Positions 1 through 13,670 of a DNA stretch of 64,000 bases are shown here, in pieces. Each line of letters opens with the position of its first letter. The first letter of the stretch is position 1. Both the position numbers and the translations under genes were made by a program. The DNA comes from Tubulanus polymorphus (taxonomy: Eukaryota; Animalia; Nemertea), in contig NC_134030.1 of assembly GCF_964204645.1 (NCBI RefSeq), positions 62,001 through 126,000 of the forward strand, written 5' to 3'. The notes beneath the pieces were generated by a model. It searched no databases. It saw nothing but the letters and a program-made list of their open reading frames with translations, and had not been told where the DNA came from.

Positions 1-415
1 ACAGTATCTGGTAGACATCAGGGTTAGATGTAAACATGCTGAGTATCTGAGATGTCTATCAGTGACAGTATCTGGTAGACATCAGGGTTAGATGTAAACA
101 TGCTGAGTATCTGAGATGTCTATCAGTGACAGTATCTGGTAGACATCAGGGTTAGATGTAAACATGTTGAGTATCTGAGATGTCTATCAGTGACAGTATC
201 TGGTAGACATCAGGGTTAGATGTAAACATGTTGAGTATCTGAGATGTCTATCAGTGACAGTATCTGGTAGACATCAGGGTTAGATGTAAACATGCTGAGT
301 ATCTGAGATGTCTATCAGTGACAGTATCTGGTAGACATCAGGGTTAGATGTAAACATGCTGAGTATCTGAGATGTCTATCAGTGACAGTATCTGACAGAC
401 ATCAGGGTTAGATGT
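1..415. repeat. 64-bp tandem repeat, about 6.5 copies, truncated by the window start; probably intronic in the IQ gene
   Basis: ACAGTATCTGGTAGACATCAGGGTTAGATG... recurs at 1, 65, 129 and onward. Confidence 0.95.
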
Positions 416-448
416 ATATATATATATATATATGTTGTTTGTTTTAAG

Positions 449-2166
449 GGTGTTGATGTAAATCACGATGATACAGAAAGTCAACACGTTGTAAGTGTTC
501 ATTCAATAGTTACATTCACCATTCATCTCAACTGTCATCAATTCAATCAATGTTGTTTAATGTTAGGCCGAAGATACACCTGCAGCTGATGAGACACCTG
601 CAGCTGAAGAGACACCTGTAGGTGAAGCCGCACCTGTAGTTGCCGATGATGCAGCTGCTGCTGAAGATGATGAGGAAGTGAGTGTTGTACCACCGGACAC
701 TTTTGTACCATAAAACCTGCATCCTTCTCCACCGCACCTGAATATCATATAACACCTGCATTTCATTTAGCATGTAATTGTAGCTGCATGTAATTGTAGC
801 TGCATGTAATTGTAGCTGCATGTCATTAGCTGTGTTATATATATTCTGACACTCCTATAACGATGTACTGGTTTTGATTTAAGTTACATCCTGTACATGT
901 TCATACCAGTAATCATACTGAAGAGTAATGTACCTGTCTGTGTCTGTCTGTGTCTGTCTGAACCTGTCAGTCTGTCTGTCTGTACCTGTCTGTATCTGTG
1001 TCTGTCTGAACCTGTCTGTCTGTGTCTGTCTGAACCTGTCTGTCTGTTTGACTGTCTGTCTGTCTGTGTCTGTCTGTCTGTCTGTCTGTCTACCTGTCTG
1101 TATCTGTGTCTGTCTGAACCTGTCTGTGTCTGTCTGAACCTGTCTGTATCTGTGTCTGCATCTGTTTGTATCTGTTTGTACCTGTCTGTACCTGTCTGTA
1201 CCTGTCTGTATCTGTCTGTACCTGTCTGTATCTGTCTGTATCTGTGTCTGTACCTGTCTGTATCTGTCTGTACCTGTCTGTATCTGTCTGTATCTGTGTC
1301 TGTACCTGTCTGTATCTGTCTGTACCTGTCTGTATCTGTCTGTATCTGTGTTTGTACCTGTCTGTACCTGTCTGTATCTGTGTCTGTACCTGTCTGTATC
1401 TGTCTGTATCTGTGTTTGTACCTGTCTGTATCTGTGTCTGTACCTGTCTGTATCTGTGTCTGTACCTGTCTGTACCTGTCTGTATCTGTGTCTGTACCTG
1501 TCTGTACCTGTCTGTATCTGTGTCTGTACCTGTCTGTACCTGTCCGTGTCTGTCTGTGTTTTGATATATGCACGTCACACCTCTGTCTTCAGTTAACGAG
1601 ATAAACTTTGTCCATTTCTCATTTGATTTCTATCATAAATTATTTTGTGTGAAAAAAGGAGATGTAATTTACGATTAAAAACTTGCCGAATATTCAATAA
1701 AAACTGTTCAAATTTTCAGGCAAAGAAAGCAGCAGCAGCAGCAGCAGCAGCTGCCGGAGAGGAAATAGATATTGATTTGAATGATCCGGAAGTTGAAGCA
1801 GCTGCCGTTAAAATACAAGCAAGTTTTAAAGGATTTAAAACAAGACAAGAACTAAAAGAAGATCAGTCTCGAAAAGGTGAGGAGGAAACAACAAACGATG
1901 AGCAGAAAAATAACGAGGAAGGAGAAGAGGAAATAGATATCGATCTAAATGATCCGGAAGTTCAAAATTCAGCGTTAAAAATACAAGCTAGTTTCCGGGG
2001 ACACCAGGCGCGTAAAGAGGTTAAAAAACTAAAATCATCAGAAGGGGGTGAAGAGGGTAAGGAGGGAGGGGAGGAAGCACCCCCTGGGGGTGAAGAGGGT
2101 AAGGAGGGAGGGGAGGAAGCACCCCCTGGGGGTGAACCCGATAATGAGACAAAAGAAGGTGAATAA
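449..2166 (+). CDS. 3' part of an acidic twin-IQ-motif calmodulin-binding protein (neurogranin/GAP-43/PEP-19/igloo-like); exons 449-490, 567-677, 1720-2166; 5' end outside the window
   Basis: Three phase-0 GT-AG exons join in frame ([14 protein letters not shown] / [15 protein letters not shown]... / AKKAAAA...). Two [25 protein letters not shown] motifs; [13 protein letters not shown] resembles the neurogranin IQ motif. Stop TAA 2164-2166. Confidence 0.8.
930..1560. repeat. Compound TGTC/TGTA microsatellite in an intron
   Basis: Mosaic of tgtc/tgta/cctg units; source of spurious ORFs 884-1604. Confidence 0.95.
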
Positions 2167-2516
2167 ACCAGCTGCTCGCCCCCTACAGCGCCCCCTATAA
2201 CAGTTACCTAACAGCTACCCTAAAGCGCCCCCTATAACAGCTAGAACTCCTATGCATAGAGCGGCTGCTTACCCGTAGAGCGCCCCCTAGTAGCAGCCAC
2301 TCACAGAATCCCGTCCTCTCTCTCTCTCTCAGGTTGTTTATGTTCTCTATTAATAGTTCATGTGTGTTTTCTCTTTTTTTCTCTCATTTGCTTAAAACCT
2401 GTTGAAGGTTCATTCGCGTTTGGATAAAAAGACGACACTCAAAAAATGATGATCATGCAAGACAATTTACTAAACTCTCACAAAACTCTACATCAGTGAT
2501 GAGTTTAAACTCAAAG

Positions 2517-3408
2517 GAGTTTACAGTTATAGAGTTGTTAGAGGGAGTTTACAGTTATAGAGTTGTTAGAGGGAGTTTACAGTTATAGAGTTGTTAGAGG
2601 GAGTTTACAGTTATAGAGTTGTTAGAGGGAGTTTACAGTTATAGAGTTGTTAGAGGGAGTTTACAGTTATAGAGTTGTTAGAGGGAGTTTACAGTTATAG
2701 AGTTGTTAGAGGGAGTTTACAGTTATAGAGTTGTTAGAGGGAGTTTACAGTTATAGAGTTGTTAGAGGGAGTTTACAGTTATAGAGTTGTTAGAGGGAGT
2801 TTACAGTTATAGAGTTGTTAGAGGGAGTTTACAGTTATAGAGTTGTTAGAGGGAGTTTACAGTTATAGAGTTGTTAGAGGGAGTTTACAGTTATAGAGTT
2901 GTTAGAGGGAGTTTACAGTTATAGAGTTGTTAGAGGGAGTTTACAGTTATAGAGTTGTTAGAGGGAGTTTACAGTTATAGAGTTGTTAGAGGGAGTTTAC
3001 AGTTATAGAGTTGTTAGAGGGAGTTTACAGTTATAGAGTTGTTAGAGGGAGTTTACAGTTATAGAGTTGTTAGAGGGAGTTTACAGTTATAGAGTTGTTA
3101 GAGGGAGTTTACAGTTATAGAGTTGTTAGAGGGAGTTTACAGTTATAGAGTTGTTAGAGGGAGTTTACAGTTATAGAGTTGTTAGAGGGAGTTTACAGTT
3201 ATAGAGTTGTTAGAGGGAGTTTACAGTTATAGAGTTGTTAGAGGGAGTTTACAGTTATAGAGTTGTTAGAGGGAGTTTACAGTTATAGAGTTGTTAGAGG
3301 GAGTTTACAGTTATAGAGTTGTTAGAGGGAGTTTACAGTTATAGAGTTGTTAGAGGGAGTTTACAGTTATAGAGTTGTTAGAGGGAGTTTACAGTTATAG
3401 AGTTGTTA
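2517..3408. repeat. 28-bp near-perfect tandem repeat, about 32 copies
   Basis: GAGTTTACAGTTATAGAGTTGTTAGAGG unit. Confidence 0.97.
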
Positions 3409-3489
3409 GTGATTTAGTGAATGCAAAAAATACGTAACTTGTTGTAAAATGTGTTAGAACCACGAGAGACAATGACTGCAGTATTATAT

Positions 3490-3960
3490 CAGATATACCT
3501 CTCTCTGATACACCTCTCTCTCTACCTCCCTGATACACCTCCCTCTCTCCCTCCCTGATACACCTCCCTGATATACCTCTCTCTGATACACCTCTCTCTC
3601 TACCTCCCTGAGACACCTCCCTCTCTCCCTCCCTGATACACCTCCCTGATATACCTCTCTCTGATACACCTCTCTCTCTACCTCCCTGAGACACCTCCCT
3701 CTCTCCCTCCCTGATACACCTCCCTGATATACCTCCCTATCCCTCCCTGATACACCTCTCTCTCTCTACCTCCCTGATACACCTCCCTATCCCTCCCTGA
3801 TACACCTCTCTCTGATACACCTCCCTCTACCTCCCTGATATACCTCTCTCTGATACACCTCCCTATCCCTCCGTGATACACCTCCCTCTACCTCCCTGAT
3901 ATACCTCTCTCTGATACACCTCCCTATCCCTCCCTGATACACCTCCCTCTGCCTCCCTGA
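3490..3960. repeat. Pyrimidine-rich degenerate minisatellite
   Basis: CTGATACACCTCCCT-type units. Confidence 0.9.
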
Positions 3961-5572
3961 TCCACGTACACACATGTATGTTTCTATTCACATTGTCCGC
4001 CCTTTGAAAATTGATCTGAAATTTTATTGCAAAACATTTTATCAAAAATAGTTGCGTGTTTGATATTGTCTTCCATCGGTCTGTTTTGTGTTAAGACGCC
4101 ATCTATTGTCAACAGTTGGTGCTAGTATACTGTACCGGTATACTATATGTGTGGTGCTAGTACTTTGTGCGGGATACCAAGCATTTGAATGTTGGGGGCC
4201 TGAAATTAGGCAGTTACCTAAAGTCAAAAGGCAGTTTTATAGGCTGTGACAAAAACTTTGGTAGGGCTTATAATAAAATGTTTGTCGCAGAGTGAAGTGT
4301 TCTATATTCAGTTTCTCTTGGATAAACCAATAATATTTGTGAAGAGGGTTCTGTTTGGATGCTGCGCCCCCTCCCTCCCCCCTCCCCCCTCCCCCTCCCC
4401 CCTCCCCCCAGCCCTGTATGTATCAGTATACCGGTATATTAGGTGCGTATTTGGTGCAGTTTGTATTTTGTCTTGCATGATCATTGTCATCAGTTATATT
4501 AGAACACACTATAATCAGGGTAATTCCACTCTGTACTGATAGATGGCAGCACGGTTATATAGCTAGTTTAGCTCCATGCACAACAATGTATTATAATTAT
4601 AATTAACTGTTATTAATTAAAATGTGTCCGGTGAAATTATTATAATTAATTAAAAAGAGAGAAATTGTTTGAACTAATTACGAGAAGCAATAAATAAAAG
4701 CGGTAAAAGTGTTTTATATTCAAATCCCCGTAACGGTTTAATCCGGATTAGCGGATTATCTAATAATCTGGATATTATTTGTATGTAAGATATGAGATTT
4801 CTGAACTGATTTATAAAACGCTTTGCTGGATCAAAAAAAGGTTTAATTTCATCTGAAGTTCATCAATTTTTCGATATTTTGTTTAATGTTAAATTTCACT
4901 GATTTCAACTTCGACGGTGAAACTGATTAGGGTTACCTTCACTTACTGTGTCAGATCAGAGGTTGATCTGGGTAAACCAAACTCGCCGGGTCCCTCGGGT
5001 TGCGACCACGGTACATACCCTCGAATCCACCCCAGATCTGCCTCTGTATCCCGCACTTTGAGACCGTTCATTTCAACCGAAAGAAATCAATCTCATACTC
5101 AATGAACGCTCTCAAAATGTCATTTTTTGTTACGATCTATAAATATAAAATGATAATATTTATAATTATATTAATCCTCAATAATTCAATTTTTCAATTC
5201 ATGTGTAAGACCTATTGATTTATTTAACTGAATAGAATTGTACAGAAACTAGAGACTGTTCCAAAATAAACTACATTCCTATATACTGAACTAAATTTCT
5301 TCTATAGTGCTTTATTAATGTATCGTTTATTTCTGCTTGGCTTTGATTCTAACAGTGAAATTGATGATAGGAGTGAGTCGCTGCTGCTGCTGCTAATGCT
5401 GCTGCGGCGGCGGCGGCGGCTGCTGCTGCTGCTGCTGATGATCTTACCGGGTACTCACAGGATTCATACCTATAACTGCACTGGTTAACAACAATTAACT
5501 GTGCCCCAGGAGCTAATGATAACCTAGGTGATGAGTTTACTCGAGAGACTGATGATACTTCAGACACATGAG

Positions 5573-8050
5573 TGGGACCTCTACCGGTTACTGGGGTACG
5601 GGATGGACCGATGGTGCGGGAGGGGGGACCTGTACCGGTTACTGGGGTACGGGATGGACCGATAGTGCGGGAGGGGGACCTCTACCGGTTACTGGGGTAC
5701 GGGATGGACCGATGGTGCGGGAGGGGGGACCTCTACCGGTTACTGGGGTACGGGATGGACCGATGGTGCGGGAGGGGGGACCTCTACCGGTTACTGGGGT
5801 ACGGGATGGACCGATAGTGCGGGAGGGGGACCTCTACCGGTTACTGGGGTACGGGATGGACCGATGGTGCGGGAGGGCGACCTCTACCGGTTACTGGGGT
5901 ACGGGATGGACCGATGGTGCGGGAGGGGGGACCTCTACCGGTTACTGGGGTACGGGATGGACCGATAGTGCGGGAGGGGGGGACCTCTACCGGTTACTGG
6001 GGTACGGGATGGACCGATGGTGCGGGAGGGGGACCTCTACCGGTTACTGGGGTACGGGATGGACCGATGGTGCGGGAGGGCGACCTCTACCGGTTACTGG
6101 GGTACGGGATGGACCGATTGTGCGGGAGGGGGACCTCTACCGGTTACTGGGGTACGGGATGGACCGATGGTGCGGGAGGGCGACCTGTACCGGTTACTGG
6201 GGTACGGGATGGACCGATGGTGCGGGAGGGGGACCTGTACCGGTTACTGGGGTACGGGATGGACCGATTGTGCGGGAGGGGGACCTGTACCGGTTATTGG
6301 GGTACGGGATGGACCGATGGTGCGGGAGGGGGACCTGTACCGGTTATTGGGGTACGGGATGGACCGATGGTGCGGGAGTGGGACCTCTACCGGTTATTGG
6401 GGTACGGGATGGACCGATGGTGCGGGAGGGGGACCTCTACCGGTTATTGGGGTACGGGATGGACCGATGGTGCGGGAGGGGGGCCTCTACCGGTTACTGG
6501 GGTACGGGATGGACCGATTGTGCGGGAGGGGGACCTCTACCGGTTACTGGGGTACGGGATGGATCGATGGTGCGGGAGGGGGACCTCTACCGGTTACTGG
6601 GGTACGGGATGGACCGATGGTGCGGGAGGGGGACCTGTACCGGTTACTGGGGTACGGGATGGACCGATTGTGCGGGAGGGGGACCTCTACCGGTTACTGG
6701 GGTACGGGATGGATCGATGGTGCGGGAGGGGGGCCTCTACCGGTTACTGGGGTACGGGATGGACCGATGGTGCGGGAGGGGGACCTCTACCGGTTACTGG
6801 GGTACGGGATGGATCGATGGTGCGGGAGGGGGACCTCTACCGGTTACTGGGGTACGGGATGGACCGATTGTGCGGGAGGGGGACCTCTACCGGTTACTGG
6901 GGTACGGGATGAATCGATGGTGCGGGAGGGGGACCTCTACCGGTTACTGGGGTACGGGATGGACCGATGGTGCGGGAGGGGGACCTGTACCGGTTACTGG
7001 GGTACGGGATGGATCGATGGTGCGGGAGGGGGGACCTCTACCGGTTACTGGGGTACGGGATGGACTGATGGTGCGGGAGGGGGGACCTCTACCGGTTACT
7101 GGGGTACGGGATGGACCGATGGTGCGGGAGGGGGACCTCTACCGGTTACTGGGGTACGGGATGGACCGATGGTGCGGGAGGGGGACCTGTACCGGTTACT
7201 GGGGTACGGGATGGACCGATGGTGCGGGAGGGGGACCTCTACCGGTTACTGGGGTACGGGATGGACCGATGGTGCGGGAGGGGGGACCTGTACCGGTTAC
7301 TGGGGTACGGGATGGACCGATGGTGCGGGAGGGGGGACCTGTACCGGTTACTGGGGTACGGGATGGACCGATGGTGCGGGAGGGGGGCCTCTACCGGTTA
7401 CTGGGGTACGGGATGGACCGATGGTGCGGGAGGGGGGACCTGTACCGGTTACTGGGGTACGGGATGGATCGATGGTGCGGGAGGGGGGACCTCTACCGGT
7501 TACTGGGGTACGGGATGGACCGATGGTGCGGGAGGGGGGACCTCTACCGGTTACTGGGGTACGGGATGGACCGATGGTGCGGGAGGGGCGACCTCTACCG
7601 GTTACTGGGGTACGGGATGGATCGATGGTGCGGGAGAGGGGACCTCTACCGGTTACTGGGGTACGGGATGGACCGATGGTGCGGGAGGGGGGACCTCTAC
7701 CGGTTACTGGGGTACGGGATGGACCGATGGTGCGGGAGGGGGGACCTCTACCGGTTACTGGGGTACGGGATGGATCGATGGTGCGGGAGGGGGGACCTGT
7801 ACCGGTTACTGGGGTACGGGATGGACCGATGGTGCGGGAGGGGGGACCTCTACCGGTTACTGGGGTACGGGATGGACCGATGGTGCGGGAGGGGGGACCT
7901 CTACCGGTTACTGGGGTACGGGATGGACCGATGGTGCGGGAGGGCGACCTCTACCGGTTACTGGGGTACGGGATGGATCGATGGTGCGGGAGGGGGGACC
8001 TGTACCGGTTACTGGGGTACGGGATGGACCGATAGTGCGGGAGGGGGGGG
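5573..8050. repeat. G-rich 40/41-bp minisatellite, about 60 copies
   Basis: GGACCTCTACCGGTTACTGGGGTACGGGATGGACCGATGGTGCGGGAGGG; G-run length variation shifts the frame of the spurious ORFs. Confidence 0.97.
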
Positions 8051-8146
8051 GCCCCCAGATTGAGCTAGAGGAGATTGAGAGGCAGCTCTGTGTGAGTTGA
8101 GATTGTAACATGAGAGGATTTTATTTTTTTGTTTTAATTTCCAAAG

Positions 8147-8685
<539 letters not shown>

Positions 8686-9123
8686 AAAAGATGGAAATTG
8701 AAAATTTAGATTATATTTTATGATTATTATAATTTCTGTTGATTCAATTTGCATAATTAACTTTGATTATTACAGAATTTAATCATTAAATTTAAAATAT
8801 CTAATCAAATGATAAATAAATGAATTTATTCAAAATAGAATAGATGATTGAAGTAATTAAATAAAAGTTTTATTGATTGATTATGCTAATTGTTTATAGA
8901 GCTCCGCTCTAGTGTCAATCTTGGAACTAATACTCGCTTCCCATGGACAGATATAGAGGCAGCACCTGACGGTTCAAAGATTTAAATCGAAAAATACTAT
9001 GTTCGCCATCTATTGGAATTTCGCTGGACTAACGAATTTCTAAAATCGACAAGTGCTATCGCAATGAACCACATTTCACACGCGCCATCTATCGGAAATA
9101 TAGTATAAATCTCTTTATTCAGA

Positions 9124-9477
9124 GGTTCGAACCCAGTGATAACTGATACTGAGAGTGGTCCTGATGCTGAATAGAGGATGTACAGGGGTGTTCCAAGTTC
9201 GAGCCCAGTAATTACTGATACTGAGAGTGGTCCTGATGCTGAATAGAGGATGTACAGGGGTGTCCCGGGTTCGATCCCAGTAATTACTGATACTGAGAGT
9301 GGTCCTGATGCTGAATATAGGATGTACGGTGGTGTCCCGGGTTCGAACCCAGTAATTACTGATACTGAGAGTGGTCCTGATGCTGAATAGAGGATGTACA
9401 GGGGTGTTCCAAGTTCGAGCCCAGTGATTACTGATACTGAGAGTGGTCCTGATGCTGAATATAGGATGTACAGGGGT
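9124..9477 (+). repeat. 72-bp satellite (5 copies) of a dispersed family also present at 48.5 kb and 52.9-53.5 kb in the opposite orientation
   Basis: ACTGATACTGAGAGTGGTCCTGATGCTGAATAGAGGATGTACAGGGGTGTCCCGGGTTCGAACCCAG; period 72 (9142, 9214, 9286). Confidence 0.9.
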
Positions 9478-9802
9478 CGGTTTTGAATGTTTGAAAGAAA
9501 AATTAAAACGGTAAAGGTCGGAGTCGAACCCGGGTCGACTAACCCTCCCCCATACTGTGTGACGTCATTGTGTATTTGTTTTCTTATTTATGAATACCGT
9601 AACCGTTGATGACGTCATATTTTCAAACGCTTTTCTACGAACAGCTTGAAAATCAGTGAATATTTATGCAAATTAGTGCTGATATTTATGCAAATGAGTT
9701 TATGAATTCAGGCTGGTGCTTATTGTATACGTATCATACACAGTTAGAGATCGAGGTTCATCATGCTATTGATTCAAATCCACCAGAAACCGACCCCCAG
9801 TT

Positions 9803-10238
9803 CACTGGACTACACATCACTGGACTAGAGGACATCCGAGGACTACAGTAACACTGGACTAGAGGACATCCGAGGACTACAGTAACACTGGATACAGCTG
9901 GACTAGAGGACTTCCGAGGACTACAGTTTACTGGACTACAGTTCACTGGACTACAGCTGGACTAGAGGACTTCCGAGGACTACAGTTTACTGGACTACAG
10001 TTCACTGGACTACAGCTGGACTAGAGGAGTTCCGAGGACTACAGTAACACTGGACTACAGCTGGACTAGATGAGTTCCGAGGACTACAGTAACACTGGAC
10101 TACAGCTGGACTAGAGGAGTTCCGAGGACTACAGTTTACTGGACTACATTTACGAGGACTACAGTTCACACGGATTAAAGTTGTTTAGAGTTGTTTAGAG
10201 TTGTTTAGAGTTGTTTAGAGTTGTTTAGAGTTGTTTAG
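9803..10238. repeat. GGACTACAG-type minisatellite followed by (GTTGTTTAGA)x6
   Basis: Repeated CTGGACTACAG/CTGGACTAGAGG units, then a 10-mer array at 10180-10238. Confidence 0.85.
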
Positions 10239-10259
10239 TTCTCAGCCACCAGTTCAAAT

Positions 10260-13200
10260 ATGGATTTGTATCAGTTTTTTATTGGACTGTTTTGTTGTTG
10301 TGTGATCAAACAATGTGAATCATCTTCACGTAAGTGACATGACCTCTTTAACTAACTGTGACCTCTTAACTTCTTACTAGTTTGACCTCACTCTCCTGAC
10401 CTCATTAACCTGACCTCACTCTCCTGACCTCAATAGTCTGACCTCACTCTCCTGTCCTTACTAGTTTGACCTCACTCTCCTGACCTCATTAACCTGACCT
10501 CACTCTCCTGACCTCATTAACCTGACCTCACTCTCCTGTCCTCACTAGTTTGACCTCACTCTCCTGACCTCATTAAACTGACCTCACTCTCCTGACCTCA
10601 ATAGTCTGACCTCACTCTCCTGACCTCATTAGTTTGATCTCACTCTCCTGACCTCACTAGTTTGATCTCACTCTCCTGACCTCACTAGTCTGACCTCACT
10701 CTCCTGACCTCACTAGTCTGACCTCACTCTCCTGACCTCATTAGTTTGACCTCATTCTCCTGACCTCACTAGTTTGACCTCACTCTCCTGTCCTTACTAG
10801 TCTGACCTCACTCTCCTGACCTCATTAGTTTGATCTCACTCTCCTGACCTCACTAGTTTGACCTCACTCTCCTGACCTCACTAGTTTGACCTCACTCTCC
10901 TGACCTCACTAGTCTGACCTCACTCTCCTGACCTCACTAGTTTGACCTCATTCTCCTGACCTCACTAGTTTGACCTCATTCTCCTGACCTCACTAGTTTG
11001 ACCTCACTCTCCTGACCTCACTAGTTTGACCTCACTCTCCTGACCTCACTAGTTTGACCTCTTGTCTCTATTTCAGGTGGAATGGTTTTTTATTGTGATT
11101 TCACTGATGTAGGGTTATGTCGTTATGACGGTGAATGGAGTCGAGCCCGGGACCATCATCCCGATTGTGCCGGTAAACACGGAGGTAAGCGTTCTATCAA
11201 TCATCCGGTATCGAACCCGGGACACCGGCGCATCGTACGGTATCGAACCCGGGACACCGGCGCATAGTCGTACTAATAACTGTATAATACGTATTATTTT
11301 AATGATTTCAGTGAATTATTTTGGAGATATTAAGAAGAGTATTCACTTCAATATAATTAAAGCTGGTGTTTATTGTTTTAAAATGTGTTATCGAATAAAA
11401 CCGGGAAAACCAGATCGATATCTGGCGCTGTTCGATTTAGCTCCCGCCAGAAATGAGAATATCACAGAAATCATTCATACTTTCAAAACAGTTACTGGCA
11501 ACAAGTGGGAACCGTATCAAACCACGCTTCAAATGAAACATCCTTTTATTGTAAGTCATTTACATAATATTGTGAATAAATTTGAATAAATCGATATCAT
11601 TAATCGATTCGGAGTAAAAGTGCGAGGTCAGGTGACCGGAAGTAAAGTCGATACGAATTGTTTCTATTGTAGCTTTCATTGGCGTCAACACGTGACCAGG
11701 TGGGGGTTAACATTGACAACATCGGTGTGTTTAAAGGTGCTTGTATTAAACCCGGAGTTAAAACAAAACCGACTACTCCAGCGCCACCTATAGCAGCAAA
11801 TATAACGACACCGGCGCCACCTGCTGCGACAAATAGAACGACACTAGCGCCACCTGCAGCGAAAACCAAACCGATCGAAAAGCCGACCATGATATCAACG
11901 AATAAAACGACTTTAATCGTGAGTGAAAATAAAACGACTTTGATCGTAGCAACGAATAAAACAGTCGTCTCTACAAAAACCGTTTTATCGTCTGCAAATA
12001 AAACAGTAACAGTACCGGTCAAAACTACTGTTATCAGTAAGACTATCCATACAGTAGGACCAGCAGCTAAAACACCAAAAACCGCGCAGAATGGGACCAC
12101 ACAGCTACGGAATGGGACCACACAGAATGGGACCACACAGCTACGGAATGGGACCACACAGCTACGGAATGGGACCACACAGAATGGGACCGCGCAGAAT
12201 GGGACCACACAGAATGGGACCACACAGCTACAGAATGGGACCACACAGCTTCAGAATGGGACTATACACGAACAAAAACGAACTATACAGCTACAGAATG
12301 GGACCACACAGCTACAGAATGGCAATAAGCTGAATGGAACTATACATGAAGGTGGACCACCAACAAAGAATAAAACTCTGCAAGTTGATGATGCCATTTT
12401 ACGCCAAGAGAATGGAACTTTGCAGGAAGAAAATGGATCTCTACAGACAGAGAATGGAACTCTGCGGACAGAGAATGGAACTCTACGGACAGAGAATGGA
12501 ACTCCCCAGACAGAGAATGGAACTCTACGGACAGAGAATGGAACTCTGCGGACAGAGAATGGAACTCTACGGACAGAGAATGGAACTCCCCAGACAGAGA
12601 ATGGAACTCTACGGACAGAGAATGGAACTCTGCGGACAGAGAATGGAACTCTACGGACAGAGAATGGAACTCTGCGGACAGAGAATGGAACTCTACGGAC
12701 AGAGAATGGAACTCTACGGACAGAGAATGGAGGAACCCTGCAGGTAGAGAATGGAACTCTGCAGGCAGAGAATGGAACATTAGAACCCAAATCTGTACAA
12801 CATTCTATAGAGAATAGTACTGAAATCGTGGCGCCTGATTTATATAGAAGGCGAGAAATTGAACAGGGGGCGTACCAGTCGACCACTACTGCGCCATCTA
12901 CAGACAATGAGACGACGAACAACTCAGAAACAACTAATAAATCAAATAGAAAAACAATTATACTGGAACCAGAAATAGGAAGAGTAAAACGAGACACTGG
13001 CAGTCGAGTATTGATGGAGATAGTAACAAAACGACCGACTGAGCTGACAGCTAAAGAGTTAATACAACTAGCTTTAGGTAAACTGAGTAAGAGACCTATC
13101 AAAAAACAAGTAACAACAATTAGACCTCGATTAGAATCAGATCTAGACGTGGAACAATTAATACAACTTGCATTACAGAAAATTAGAGAAAGAATCATTC

Positions 13201-13670
13201 AAGATAGGAAAAATAGCGAACAGAATTCAGATTTCAATATCATCGAGAAACTGATAGAACGCGCTCAAAAACAGATTCATCATCCTCAGCAGCAGGAGCC
13301 CACGGTACAGGAGCCAACCGCGCAGGAGCCCACGGTACCGGAGCCAACAGAGCCCACAGCACAGGAGCCAACCGCGCAGGAGCCCATGGTACCGGAGCCA
13401 ACCACGCAGGAGCCCACGGTACAGGAGCCAACAGAGCCCACAGCACAGGAGCCAACCACGAAGGAGCCCACGGTACAGGAGCCAACCACGAAGGGGCCCA
13501 CGGTACAGGATCCAACAGAGCCCACAGTAGGGGAGCCAACAACAGAGGAGCTCACCACACATGAACCTACAACAATTATACTGGAGCCACTAGTCGCAAC
13601 ACAGGAGCCTAAAGATATGACAGCTTGGGAATTAATTAGATTAGCTTTGGGTAAAATGAAGAAACGGTAA
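10260..13670 (+). CDS. Secreted glycoprotein of about 800 aa: signal peptide, divergent MAM domain, Thr-rich mucin-like region, NGT repeats, EPT repeats; exons 10260-10329, 11077-11184, 11312-11550, 11673-13670
   Basis: MDLYQFFIGLFCCCVIKQCES signal-like N-terminus; exon phases 1/1/0 join in frame; MAM hallmarks FYCDF..GLCRY..W.R..DH, YCFKMCY, KWEPYQTTL, VNIDNIGVFKGAC; AATAAA near 14033. Confidence 0.8.
10375..11060. repeat. 28-bp minisatellite in intron 1 of the MAM gene
   Basis: TGACCTCACTCTCCTGACCTCACTAGTT units. Confidence 0.93.

Noticed and set aside
884-1604. Cys/Leu/Val- or Thr/Asp/Arg-rich ORFs; likewise ORFs at 14817-15375, 47735-48364, 55818-56560 and 59765-60525
   Set aside because: Open in several frames only because the repeat unit lacks stops
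4950-5156. Minus-strand frame IVTKNDILRAFIEYEIDFFRLK-TGA-TVSKCGIQ... as a selenoprotein (similar + strand case at 35068-35258)
   Set aside because: No resemblance to selenoprotein families I know and no convincing SECIS stem downstream
5568-8100. 831-, 672-, 332- and 329-aa ORFs
   Set aside because: Translations of a stop-poor 40/41-bp minisatellite; the same three peptide phrases rotate between frames with G-run indels, so there is no frame selection
11600-13562. Antisense and alternative-frame ORFs over the MAM-mucin exon
   Set aside because: Shadows of the in-frame coding repeats on the + strand
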